Part shown: positions 32,998-41,988 of the stretch, one piece after another | Layout of the letters: each line of letters opens with the position of its first letter | How positions within the stretch are numbered: position 1 is the first letter of the stretch | Notes under the pieces: generated by a model | Databases searched by the model: none | Told to the model about the DNA's origin: nothing | What the model saw: only the letters and a program-made list of their open reading frames with translations | IMG/VR virus record: IMGVR_UViG_3300010362_000042 | Coordinates: 1-42,163 of that record | Reading direction: 5' to 3' (one strand) | DNA from: a virus | Taxonomy: Duplodnaviria > Caudoviricetes | DNA length: 42,163 nt | Program-made: the position numbers and the translations under genes

Positions 32998-35900
32998 TGC
33001 CAGACATTCGCTTCGCACCTCGCGGTCGTAGGTCACGCACTCCGGTCCCAGTCGGACTGCCTCGCTCAGTTCAACAGATGGGGCTTCCGCCTACGGGGCG
33101 ATCACCGTTGGGCCTACCCCCACGGGCGTCTCGGTTCAAGCCCGGCTTCAACGAGAACTCAGCGAACTCCATCATCGAGCACGCCCGCATCGAGCTGAGA
33201 AATCAGGATCAACCAGCTCAGGCTGTGCTCAACGCTGCTCAGAAGGGCGGCATTTACGCCGCGCTCGGTAAGGGGCCAGCGCCTGAACCGCCGTCTGTAC
33301 AGGAGCTGGCAGAGAAATACGGCATGAGCCCTGAAGAGGCTCAGTTGATGGACCAGGTGATTAAGAAGGTCCAGCACGAGCGGGCTGCAGTACCTCATGC
33401 TCCTCCCCCTGGAGTCTCAGAAATCATGCGGGCTCTTCAGGTCGGTACAAACATCTCAGCCGGGTACATGAAGGGGATGCTGGAGTCGATCAGCCACGAC
33501 TACCGCAGCCACCAACTCACACCGTGGTCTTATCCCAATGCCATCGGTCACGGGTTCGTCGAGATGCCGGGTGCCGTCAAGGAGGGCTATAACTACGAGA
33601 CCCTCATCAAAGAGAAGACCAACCCCAATTCCTTCCTCTACCGCCACTCCAACGTCATTGGTCTACCGCTTGACATTGTCCTCGACCCGACTACGTACCT
33701 CAGCTTCGGTGAGACTTCCATAACGAAGGCTGGGGCGATGCAAGTAATGATCCGTGCAGACAATAAGGCGGATGCGAAGGCTTGGCAGATCATCGAGAGG
33801 GGTAGGAAGTATCAAGGCAGGACGTGGGACAAACATGAGCACGACGACCTACTTGCCCTCATAAGACAGAATCAGGGAGCACCTAACACCCTCGCAGATG
33901 CCACGCTACAACTGCGGAAAGAAGGCCTCGAGATGAAGAAGGCAGCGCGCAGGGGTGAATATGGTCGAGTGCGTCAGATCGGCGGCTTCGTAGCGCCTCG
34001 AAGAATCGCAGGCGGTAGAGGCGTTCGCTTCATGGGCTTTCAAGCACCGGGTACAGCTGGTCTGGGTAGAGCGGGCGCCCAGCAACTTAGACGCGCAGGG
34101 GCTGCCCTCTACGACACTCCTCTGGGCACTATACCCAAGCTATTTGTCCCCAACTCTGCTGGGCGGCATATCGTTAACGACCTCGAGCGCGCGCGGATGC
34201 TCAATCTTACTCGCACCGTGGGTAACATGCAGGGGTCTCTGCGGTCCACTATCTTCGCTGACAAGATTGCTGACCTACTCACGTCGAAGGCTTACACAGA
34301 GGTCAAGCACGAGAAAATCATCCCCGGCGTACCTTCTACCACAGGGCCTGAATCGGGGCTGTACTTCACTCATACCGGCAACCTCGTCCACGAAGGTGAC
34401 CGCACGTATCCCGAGTGGAACCACCACAACATCTACGACGAGCACAACAATCTCCAAGGGTCTATCACCTGGGATGACAGTCCCTACACCAACGAGATTG
34501 AGGCAAACACCGCGTATATCCGTCCGGAGTTCCGTAACTTGACGAACTGGAAGCGGTTGATCGAGCCAGTGATCCAGCATGCCAAGGAGACTGGCAAGCC
34601 CATCTCTGGCCTCATCATGAACGAGCAGCTCTTCAACCTTGTGAAGCGGATAGCTGACAGGGAGGGCGTTGAGATTAAACCCCACTTTCTCCAATCTGAC
34701 TTCGCGAGGGCAGCCTCAAACACCCCGCCGCGTAAGGGTCAGCAGGTGGTGCAGGTTCACCCAGACCGTCTGCCAGCACTCGCTACTCCGGATATGATCG
34801 AGCACGTGGTGGTCAACGAGCTCATGGGGACAGTCAACAAGGTCACTCCACTAAGCGAACGTGAGGGCCTCCATAAGCTGTCTGCAGAGGAGCTTGCGAA
34901 GTCTACACCTGAGCAGCAGAAGTTCATGGAAATCTACCGCAACCGCATCAACAACTACGTGAAGAAGGGCATGGAAAGTGGCGGTAAGAGGGCTGAACTC
35001 CTTCAGAAGGTCAGGGTCTACGAGAATCACTACTTCGATCCAGTGACTGTGGTGGCAAGACTACAGGTGGACCAGGACATGGCTAGGATTTCTCGAGAGT
35101 ACGAGAAACAGGTCCTCGAAGACTCTCGGTACGCTCGCTTCTTGGGTAAGCCTCACATCAACGAGAATGGTGATATGGTCTACCGAGAGGACCCACCGGC
35201 TGGCTACGTTACTTACATCGCTCGCAGTGGTAAGCACTACGCTGTACGTCAGGCCGCTAAGGAGGCGCTCGAACAGATCAAGAACCCCGCCTTCCTCCGA
35301 GGCGAGCAGACAAAGTGGGAGAAGTACACTGACCCGTTCGGCGTGCAGGGTTGGTGGAAAGCGATGGCGACCATGCCGAACCCGAGCTTCCATGCCATGA
35401 ACCTCATGGGTGCTATGTGGAATAACATGCTCGCGGGCATTTATAACCCCATGGACTATCTGAAGGTCTACGCCAGGGTCGCACACCGAAGCAGACTTGA
35501 GCGGTCCGCTGAACTCGATCAGCGGACGTTTAGGGCGCCCGTTCGTGCGCTCATGGGTAAGGCTCCTAAGTCAACTGAGAAAGGTCGTGAGGCGCTGAAC
35601 GTTGTCCGTGAGTTCGAGGCTCGTGGTGGAGGTGGACGTTCAGGCTACCTCGCTGAGCTGACTGAGAAGTCCTTGGGAGGGGGGTTTGAGGAGGCGGCAA
35701 AGCTCGCTAGCGGACGGGGGATTAAAGACCTCATTCGCCCATCTGCTGAGCGGCGAGCAAAGGCTGAGGGTAAGCGAATTGGTGCTACACCTCGATTGGT
35801 GGCCTCTAGGGCCCGACAGGCAGGTGCGGTGCTGGGCACACCAGTCACAGGAGGCGGTTCGCTTCTGCTCATGGCGCCTGAGCTTGCAAAGCTCGGTCGT

Positions 35901-37124
35901 ACATTCCTCGGCGGCCCAATTGAGAATATCGTGCGGCTGACCCCGTTCGTGAAGTTCTCAAAGGACCCACAGATGATACGAGCGCTAAAGCGGGTCGATG
36001 AGGCGTATGGCCCGCCTCGCGTACCAGGCTACAAGGACAACTTTATCGCGCCCACTAGGTCGCAGCAGTCGGACATGTATGACTACGCATCAGAGATAGT
36101 CAAGAGGTTCCAGTTCGACTACGCTGACATTACGGACTTTGAGCGGTATATCGTCAAGTCCATCTTCCCCTTCTACACTTACTACCGTAAGAACTTCGTC
36201 GTTCAAGCCCAAGAGCTCCTCAAGCAGCCGAGAGTACTTGCTACCGCAGCGAAGGTAGAGAATTTCCTCGCTGAGGAGGCTGGCGATATCGGTCCACTTA
36301 AGGAGCTGCTACCTTCATACTTCGCTCAGCTTAACGCTGTACAGATACCGCTGCCTGGGTGGGCGAAGGAGAAAATGGGCATACCGAAAAATCAGCCAGT
36401 ATTCCTCAATCCTAAGCTTCCGTTCGTCACTCTCAATATGTTCCCACCCCTGTGGGGAGTTTTCTCCGACCCCCATCAGCGGGAGCTGACACCTCAGTTC
36501 ATGCAGACTCAGCTCGCGCCGTTCTTCGCGTCGGTTGGACCCCACCCGTTTGGAGTGCCGGGCGGCAAGCTTGCAATCGAGGGCATCACTGGCTACTCAC
36601 TTGGCCTGAACCGCCCCATTGACTACCAGCGCGCCTCGTCCAACGACTGGCGTCAGAGCACTCGTGATGCCCCGTTCTACGCCAAGTTCATGCCGTCCTT
36701 TATGAAGCACTTCTTCCTCATCGCGGACAACGGTAAGGGCCAGCTCAAAATGCCCGCTACCAATCGCTACATACTCGATCAGATGGTTGCTCCATTCGTC
36801 ACCAACTATGGGTCCACGATTGCTCCACCTGATGCGACGGAGGCGCAGCAGGGTAAGGCGTTTGCGAACCGCGTAGCGATGGTGACGGGGCTTAGGCTAA
36901 TGCCGGTGGACGTTCACAAGGTCGGCACAGCTTACTCTTACGGTGTCAAGAATCTCCTCGAGGCTCGTCAGTCTGACCTACGCCAGCAAAAGACAGCGGC
37001 GTTCCCGGGTGGTAAGCGATTGCCTGACGAGGACAGAGAGATCCTTGAGCTAGTGACCCGATTCACGGAAATATCCCGCCACGTTGACCGTGAGCGAAAC
37101 ATCGAACTGTACGGACACCCTTAA
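32997..37124 (+). CDS. Large internal virion (ejection) protein with a GNAT-like insert
   Basis: 1375 aa; LDIVLDPTTYLSFG, WWKAMAT.PNPSFHAMN, FQFDYADIT..ER....IFPFYTY motifs typical of podovirus ejection proteins. Confidence 0.75.
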   Translation: MPDIRFAPRGRRSRTPVPVGLPRSVQQMGLPPTGRSPLGLPPRASRFKPGFNENSANSIIEHARIELRNQDQPAQAVLNAAQKGGIYAALGKGPAPEPPSVQELAEKYGMSPEEAQLMDQVIKKVQHERAAVPHAPPPGVSEIMRALQVGTNISAGYMKGMLESISHDYRSHQLTPWSYPNAIGHGFVEMPGAVKEGYNYETLIKEKTNPNSFLYRHSNVIGLPLDIVLDPTTYLSFGETSITKAGAMQVMIRADNKADAKAWQIIERGRKYQGRTWDKHEHDDLLALIRQNQGAPNTLADATLQLRKEGLEMKKAARRGEYGRVRQIGGFVAPRRIAGGRGVRFMGFQAPGTAGLGRAGAQQLRRAGAALYDTPLGTIPKLFVPNSAGRHIVNDLERARMLNLTRTVGNMQGSLRSTIFADKIADLLTSKAYTEVKHEKIIPGVPSTTGPESGLYFTHTGNLVHEGDRTYPEWNHHNIYDEHNNLQGSITWDDSPYTNEIEANTAYIRPEFRNLTNWKRLIEPVIQHAKETGKPISGLIMNEQLFNLVKRIADREGVEIKPHFLQSDFARAASNTPPRKGQQVVQVHPDRLPALATPDMIEHVVVNELMGTVNKVTPLSEREGLHKLSAEELAKSTPEQQKFMEIYRNRINNYVKKGMESGGKRAELLQKVRVYENHYFDPVTVVARLQVDQDMARISREYEKQVLEDSRYARFLGKPHINENGDMVYREDPPAGYVTYIARSGKHYAVRQAAKEALEQIKNPAFLRGEQTKWEKYTDPFGVQGWWKAMATMPNPSFHAMNLMGAMWNNMLAGIYNPMDYLKVYARVAHRSRLERSAELDQRTFRAPVRALMGKAPKSTEKGREALNVVREFEARGGGGRSGYLAELTEKSLGGGFEEAAKLASGRGIKDLIRPSAERRAKAEGKRIGATPRLVASRARQAGAVLGTPVTGGGSLLLMAPELAKLGRTFLGGPIENIVRLTPFVKFSKDPQMIRALKRVDEAYGPPRVPGYKDNFIAPTRSQQSDMYDYASEIVKRFQFDYADITDFERYIVKSIFPFYTYYRKNFVVQAQELLKQPRVLATAAKVENFLAEEAGDIGPLKELLPSYFAQLNAVQIPLPGWAKEKMGIPKNQPVFLNPKLPFVTLNMFPPLWGVFSDPHQRELTPQFMQTQLAPFFASVGPHPFGVPGGKLAIEGITGYSLGLNRPIDYQRASSNDWRQSTRDAPFYAKFMPSFMKHFFLIADNGKGQLKMPATNRYILDQMVAPFVTNYGSTIAPPDATEAQQGKAFANRVAMVTGLRLMPVDVHKVGTAYSYGVKNLLEARQSDLRQQKTAAFPGGKRLPDEDREILELVTRFTEISRHVDRERNIELYGHP

Positions 37125-37167
37125 GCCATGAGTATCCACATACGGGCCGAACAACAGGGAGGATAGG

Positions 37168-38220
37168 ATGCCCAACAAGCAGCAGCTCATGCGGCTCGCT
37201 CGACAGGCCGCTCGTCAGCAGGGTGTACCGCCTGCACTGTTTATGGCCCTCATTCAGCAGGAAAGTGGCTGGAACCCCTCTGCGGGTTCCTCCGCAGGTG
37301 CGCGGGGTCTAACTCAGCTCATGCCGGGCACAGCTCGGGGCCTAGGTGTTCGAGACGTTTTAGACCCCGTGCAGAATCTGCGCGGTGGCGCTCGTTACCT
37401 GCGGAAGATGCTCGACGAGTTCGGTGGAGATCCTCGCCTCGCGCTGAGTGCATACAACTCCGGGCCAGGTGGAGCAGAGGCTCGTGGCCGTGTTGAGGCG
37501 TACCCCGAAACTCAGGCCTACGTCCGTAACGTGATGGCCCTGGAGAATCAGTACGCCAAGCTGGGTATGGGTGAGGGCGTTGGTGCGAAAGCACCTCCTC
37601 CGACTGTCGCTGCGCTGCCAAGAATGCCTGCAGGCGCACAAGGCCCCGTAGGACTGAGCGCAGCGGCGTTGGGTGAGATTTCGAGGATCGGTCCTCTGAG
37701 CGCACACGCAGCTGGCATCGTTCAACAGAGGCAGCAGGACGATCAACAGCAGGCAGCTACTGGGCCTGGAGGGCCAACTGGAGCATCGCCTGACTTCAAG
37801 CCCGGTGACGCAGGACCCCCACCACAGACTGATGGCGGTACTCCTGCTGTGGGCGGACTGAACGCTGAGTTCGCACGCCGCTTTGGGCTGCTTCAGAAGG
37901 CCATCCAGCACGCTGGCGGGAGTCTGTACATCTACTCAGGAGGGCGTGACGCGAAGCAGCAGGCTGTGCTGTACCAGAACGCTCTCAAGAAGTACGGCAG
38001 TGAATCGGTAGCCCGTAAGTGGGTCGCACCTCCGGGCAAGTCAAACCACGACACCCACGCCGGGCTGAAGTACGGACTGGGCGATGGTGCGGTCGCCTCC
38101 GACCTGAGAGGAGATCTGGCAATGGCCCACAAACTTGCCGCGAGGTACGGCTTGGTGTTCCCCCTCGGTAACGAGGCGTGGCACATCGAGCTCGCCGGCA
38201 TCAGGAACATGCACTCATGA
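37168..38220 (+). CDS. SLT lytic transglycosylase plus M15/VanY-like peptidase
   Basis: QESGWNP...[13 protein letters not shown]...AYNSG...ETQAYV; SGGRD..QQ...VAPPGKSNH...ASDL...EAWHIE. Confidence 0.9.
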   Translation: MPNKQQLMRLARQAARQQGVPPALFMALIQQESGWNPSAGSSAGARGLTQLMPGTARGLGVRDVLDPVQNLRGGARYLRKMLDEFGGDPRLALSAYNSGPGGAEARGRVEAYPETQAYVRNVMALENQYAKLGMGEGVGAKAPPPTVAALPRMPAGAQGPVGLSAAALGEISRIGPLSAHAAGIVQQRQQDDQQQAATGPGGPTGASPDFKPGDAGPPPQTDGGTPAVGGLNAEFARRFGLLQKAIQHAGGSLYIYSGGRDAKQQAVLYQNALKKYGSESVARKWVAPPGKSNHDTHAGLKYGLGDGAVASDLRGDLAMAHKLAARYGLVFPLGNEAWHIELAGIRNMHS

Positions 38221-39407
38221 GCCCAGACTTCGCATTCTACAGGGATCTCTGGGGACCAGGGTACGACCCGAACAACCGATACCCTATGTCGGGGGACGAC
38301 GTTGTAGCTATCAAGCGAGTCATCTCCCGAGCCGGTTACTTGCCGTGGACTTCGTTCACCAACACCTACGGCAAGGACACTGAGGACGCAGTCAAACAGT
38401 TCCAGGCCGACGTCGGTATCGGTAACCCTCCCAAGGGCCATTACGGACCCTCCACCCACGACGAGCTGCTCAAGGCTCAGCGAGCTGGCTATCCTGGCGA
38501 AGACGCTTGGGACTCGTACTCGATCGACCTCTACCGTGAAGCTATCGTTCCAAACACCCCACCCAACTTCGGATTCAAGCGAGACCTGTACGGCCCTCCG
38601 GACAAACGCTACCCAATGTCAGGGGATGATTGCCTCGCCGTCAAGCGCGCCCTCTCCAGAGCAGGCTTCATCCCCTGGCAAGATTTCACCAACGTCTACG
38701 GCCAGCAGGCGAAGGACGGCTGCATCGCGTTCCAGAAGTCGGTCGGGATCAAGGGCTCAGACGGTGGTCCGCCACAGGGTCATTATGGGAAGTCCACCCA
38801 TGCGGCCCTGCTTAAGGCGAAGGCTGACGACAAGCACGAGTGGGCGTTCGACGACTACTCAGCCAAGCTGTACAAGGGCTACAACGCTGGAGGCTCGTCG
38901 GGTGCTGGGCGTGACGCTACGCTCAACCACCTCTCGAAGCGGGTCGGCTACACTGAACAGCCTGCGAACTCCAACTGCGACAACCGCTCCGACGGCATTC
39001 GCACCGCCCAGGATCACACAGCTGGGGGCGGCACTTGGCTTAGATACCAGCCTTGGTGCGGCTGCTGGTGTTTCTATGGCCTCGAGGCGGGTGGTGTTGC
39101 GGGACTCGGCTCGTGGATGGCCAGTGTCGCCTCCATTGAGGACTACGCGAAGGCGAAGAACGGCTGCTTCAAAGGTTGGACAACTGATCGCTCCAAGGTC
39201 AAGAAGGGAGACCTCGTTGTCATTGGCGGCTACGGCGTACACGTGGAAACAGTGCGAGGATTCGATGGGTCCTCAACGCTCACCTACGGCGGAAATACAA
39301 GCCCGGGCAGTTCGGGGTCTCAGTCAAACGGTGGGGGCGCTTACGCCCGCACTCGCTCACCAGGGGAGGTAAGAGGATATGCGCTCGTCCGATTCCCAGG
39401 AGAATGA
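38217..39407 (+). CDS. Endolysin: two peptidoglycan-binding repeats plus a CHAP domain
   Basis: Duplicated SGDD..A.KR..SRAG..PW..FTN.YG....FQ..VGI; QPWCGCW...GDLVV...HVETV...GGNTS. Confidence 0.88.
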   Translation: MSPDFAFYRDLWGPGYDPNNRYPMSGDDVVAIKRVISRAGYLPWTSFTNTYGKDTEDAVKQFQADVGIGNPPKGHYGPSTHDELLKAQRAGYPGEDAWDSYSIDLYREAIVPNTPPNFGFKRDLYGPPDKRYPMSGDDCLAVKRALSRAGFIPWQDFTNVYGQQAKDGCIAFQKSVGIKGSDGGPPQGHYGKSTHAALLKAKADDKHEWAFDDYSAKLYKGYNAGGSSGAGRDATLNHLSKRVGYTEQPANSNCDNRSDGIRTAQDHTAGGGTWLRYQPWCGCWCFYGLEAGGVAGLGSWMASVASIEDYAKAKNGCFKGWTTDRSKVKKGDLVVIGGYGVHVETVRGFDGSSTLTYGGNTSPGSSGSQSNGGGAYARTRSPGEVRGYALVRFPGE

Positions 39408-39528
39408 ACGGCAGCCGGGTTGGGAGGATGAGGAGGGCTCCGACGATACGATGGAGGAGCGAATCCTGATCCGCGTCAAGGACTCCCCCGAACACCTCTA
39501 TGAGCAGGAGGAGGACGATCAGTCCTGA
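39379..39528 (+). CDS. 49-aa acidic peptide (absent from ORF track)
   Basis: ATG after GGAGGTAAGAGG; [49 protein letters not shown]. Confidence 0.45.
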   Translation: MRSSDSQENERQPGWEDEEGSDDTMEERILIRVKDSPEHLYEQEEDDQS

Positions 39529-39679
39529 CGTTATCGCCGCCTTCTTCGCCGGTATCACCGCCGTGCTGAGCTCAGCTCTCTCTATATGGCTGGTGAAGAG
39601 GTCAGCTCACAAGGACTGCGAGGAAAGAATCAAGCTCTTTAGGAGCGGGTTGCACGAGATGGAGCACGACGGCTCATGA
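39500..39679 (+). CDS. Holin-like single-TM protein (absent from ORF track; alternative ATC start at 39518)
   Basis: [45 protein letters not shown]...; between endolysin and collagen gene; ATGA overlap. Confidence 0.65.
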   Translation: MSRRRTISPDVIAAFFAGITAVLSSALSIWLVKRSAHKDCEERIKLFRSGLHEMEHDGS

Positions 39680-39999
39680 AGTACCTACCCTACGCATTGG
39701 CTGTGGTGGGCCTTATTGCTGCCGGCGTAACTGGCTACGTCGCGTCAGGAGCAACGGGCGCATCCAATCAGCCCACCAGGACAGTCACCATCGACGTGGC
39801 CACTGGACCAACGGGTCCTGCAGGTCCACCTGGTAAGCCCGGCCCAGCGGGTCCACCAGGAGCGCAAGGTCCTGCGGGGCCTACTGGTCCACAAGGACCG
39901 CCAGGGGACTTCAGCTGTCTCACGGGCTACAGTCCTGGAATCCTGGTCATAAACTCTCCCCACGGCCAGGTCCGCATCTATACATGCATCCAGGACTAA
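39676..39999 (+). CDS. Membrane-anchored or secreted collagen-like protein in the lysis cassette
   Basis: N-terminal hydrophobic helix, 11 Gly-X-Y triplets, C-terminal Cys pair. Confidence 0.8.
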   Translation: MKYLPYALAVVGLIAAGVTGYVASGATGASNQPTRTVTIDVATGPTGPAGPPGKPGPAGPPGAQGPAGPTGPQGPPGDFSCLTGYSPGILVINSPHGQVRIYTCIQD

Positions 40000-40219
40000 C
40001 AGTCCCTCCCCGCTCAGTGGGCTCTCAGTGAGGCCGCACGCTGGGAGCCCGCTGGGATTACGCGTCTCAGCGTTACGCGCCTTTGCATAACCACGCTTCT
40101 TGGCGTCTGTAACAAACTCCTCTTTCAATGTCGCGTCACTGTCACACTCGCTGCGTCCAGTGTCTGTACACATCTGTACATCGCTTCTCAGCACGTGCCC
40201 CGCAACTGCGAAAGCGCGA

Positions 40220-40312
40220 TCAGTTCGAAGTGAGGACCCACATGACGATCAGAAAGGCTGCTAGCCACCAACCGCCATAGATAAAGAGGTCACCGCCGTC
40301 GGGACGTCTCAC
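40220..40312 (-). CDS. 30-aa membrane peptide (absent from ORF track)
   Basis: GGAG-ccttca-GTG; MRRPDGGDLFIYGGCGLAAFLIVMWVLTSN. Confidence 0.45.
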   Translation of the reverse strand: MRRPDGGDLFIYGGWWLAAFLIVMWVLTSN

Positions 40313-40598
40313 TGAAGGCTCCGAGGACAGTCTTCACGTCGGATAATGAGCGGGCTACGAAGGCGATACCGCCGCTCGCACGGATCTTTCTCATCTGATG
40401 CTCCTGTGCCTTAGATGGTTCTTCCCCCACCTGCTTGAGCTCTATGCCCACGAACAGCCCTCGATAACAGCACAGAAGGTCTGGGATGCCCTCCTCTTGG
40501 AAGTTATCGCCTCCGTGAATCTTGTACACCGTGGCTCCTTGTTCCTTGAGCCACTTACTGACCTTGCGTACAAGTCGGCCCTCGGGTTGGCGTGCCAT
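40290..40598 (-). CDS. VRR-NUC domain nuclease (Holliday junction resolvase-like)
   Basis: EGIPDLLCCYRGLFVGIELK...PSKAQ...GGIAFVARS; TATGAT ends 6 nt before the ATG (leaderless). Confidence 0.92.
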   Translation of the reverse strand: MARQPEGRLVRKVSKWLKEQGATVYKIHGGDNFQEEGIPDLLCCYRGLFVGIELKQVGEEPSKAQEHQMRKIRASGGIAFVARSLSDVKTVLGAFSETSRRR

Positions 40599-40619
40599 GA
40601 GTAGATCATATCACAAAGA

Positions 40620-40666
40620 GAGAGGCTCTGAGCGGGGATTGGGGGTCCATACACTCAGAGCCTCTC
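40620..40666 (-). terminator. Intrinsic terminator after the SSB gene
   Basis: 13-bp stem GAGAGGCTCTGAG/CTCAGAGCCTCTC followed by TCTTT. Confidence 0.6.
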
Positions 40667-40677
40667 ACGCCGCAGGC

Positions 40678-41211
40678 TTAGAGTTCGTCGAGGTCGACTT
40701 CGTCCAGCTCTTCCTCGTCCTCGACTTCCTCGTCACCTTCGAGCTCTTCACTCTCCTCTTCTGCTTCCTCGTCCTCATCCTTCTGCTCGAGTTCGTCCGC
40801 GGGGCGCATGTCCACCACGTCCGAGTACAGCTTCGCCGTCGTTGTGCCCGGCTTCGTCCACTCCCTGTCCTGTGTGGTGACAGCGATCTTCTTGCCGATC
40901 AGCTTCTTGGGGTCGAAGTTGAGCTTGCTGCCGGCTACGTTCTTCTTGTAGACCGCGTAGATCAGGTTGCGGAGATTGAACAGTGCCTCGGTGGCGAGTG
41001 AAGTGTTGTGGAACAGCGTCGTGCCCTTCTGGGCACCATCCACGACTTGGAAGGACCACTTGTAGTACGGAATGTTCGAGCGGTCGTTGTCCTTCCACTT
41101 CTTCTCCACCTTGGCAATCTTGACGAGGTAGTCACCCTCGGGTACGTGACCGCCTCCACCACCGGAGCGAATGTCCTTGGGCACTCCGGAGAAGTCAACA
41201 ACATCAGGCAC
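40678..41211 (-). CDS. DUF669-like ssDNA-binding protein
   Basis: VDFSGV...VPEGDYLVKI...ALFNL...LIGKKI; very acidic tail; follows the AAA ATPase. Confidence 0.8.
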   Translation of the reverse strand: MPDVVDFSGVPKDIRSGGGGGHVPEGDYLVKIAKVEKKWKDNDRSNIPYYKWSFQVVDGAQKGTTLFHNTSLATEALFNLRNLIYAVYKKNVAGSKLNFDPKKLIGKKIAVTTQDREWTKPGTTTAKLYSDVVDMRPADELEQKDEDEEAEEESEELEGDEEVEDEEELDEVDLDEL

Positions 41212-41214
41212 TAG

Positions 41215-41988
41215 CTACTCCTCTCCCTCAGCGACCTGAAGCATCTTCGCCAAGTTTGGATTGTCTACATGGGTGCCGAACAGGTGTTCCCTGTCCTTCG
41301 TCAGGTATCGGTCCTCGGGAAGGTCGACTAGAAGGCGGTTGCGAACCACAGAGCGTGCCTTCTCTTCCCCCTTACGCTTGACCTTGACCTGCTTCTTCGT
41401 TAGATATCCTATCACATCTACCGCGGACTCCAACGCTTCGCTTACCTTCGGGGTGACCATCGGAGAGATGAACATCTCACCTCCGAGGTCGTCGTCCTCA
41501 CCCATGATCTTACGTTGCTGCTGGGCTGTGAACACACCAGCCATGGGCAAGTTACGGAAGTTGGTGATCTGCGTCTTCATCAACTCCGTCAACTTCTGAT
41601 AGACAGGCCCTCGAGGCATGTCCGGATCCTTCGAGGCATCACGACTCGCCTCATCACCGAGGATGAACTTCATGCACAGGCTGCTCATGGCCGTGACCGT
41701 GTCGATGGCCCAGCCCTCGAATTCGTGGTCCCCCGATTGCAGGAACCAGTAGACGTCGTTGATCTCCTGCCAGTACTCCACGGGGTAGACGTGAGGATTG
41801 GTGCTCTTGCGGGTGGATTTGGTGCCCTTGTCGTTCACGTCTATCAGCAGCACTCCCGGCAACGTAGAGGCGAGACGGGTCTTACCGATTCCACTCCTCC
41901 CGTAGATGAGGAAGTGGTAAAACTCGTCCAGCTCATCGGCCCGGACGATTTTGTTACGGACTCGCTCGATCAAGTCTGGTTCATTCAC
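41215..41988 (-). CDS. AAA_24/Sak4-like ATPase (recombination or ssDNA annealing)
   Basis: LIYGRSGIGKT, LLID, AIDTVT, VFTAQ, VDVIGYL, TKDR. Confidence 0.88.
   Translation of the reverse strand: MNEPDLIERVRNKIVRADELDEFYHFLIYGRSGIGKTRLASTLPGVLLIDVNDKGTKSTRKSTNPHVYPVEYWQEINDVYWFLQSGDHEFEGWAIDTVTAMSSLCMKFILGDEASRDASKDPDMPRGPVYQKLTELMKTQITNFRNLPMAGVFTAQQQRKIMGEDDDLGGEMFISPMVTPKVSEALESAVDVIGYLTKKQVKVKRKGEEKARSVVRNRLLVDLPEDRYLTKDREHLFGTHVDNPNLAKMLQVAEGEE

Noticed and set aside
39745-40194. 149-aa minus-strand ORF
   Set aside because: Mostly antisense to the collagen-like gene, with a weak SD and no motif
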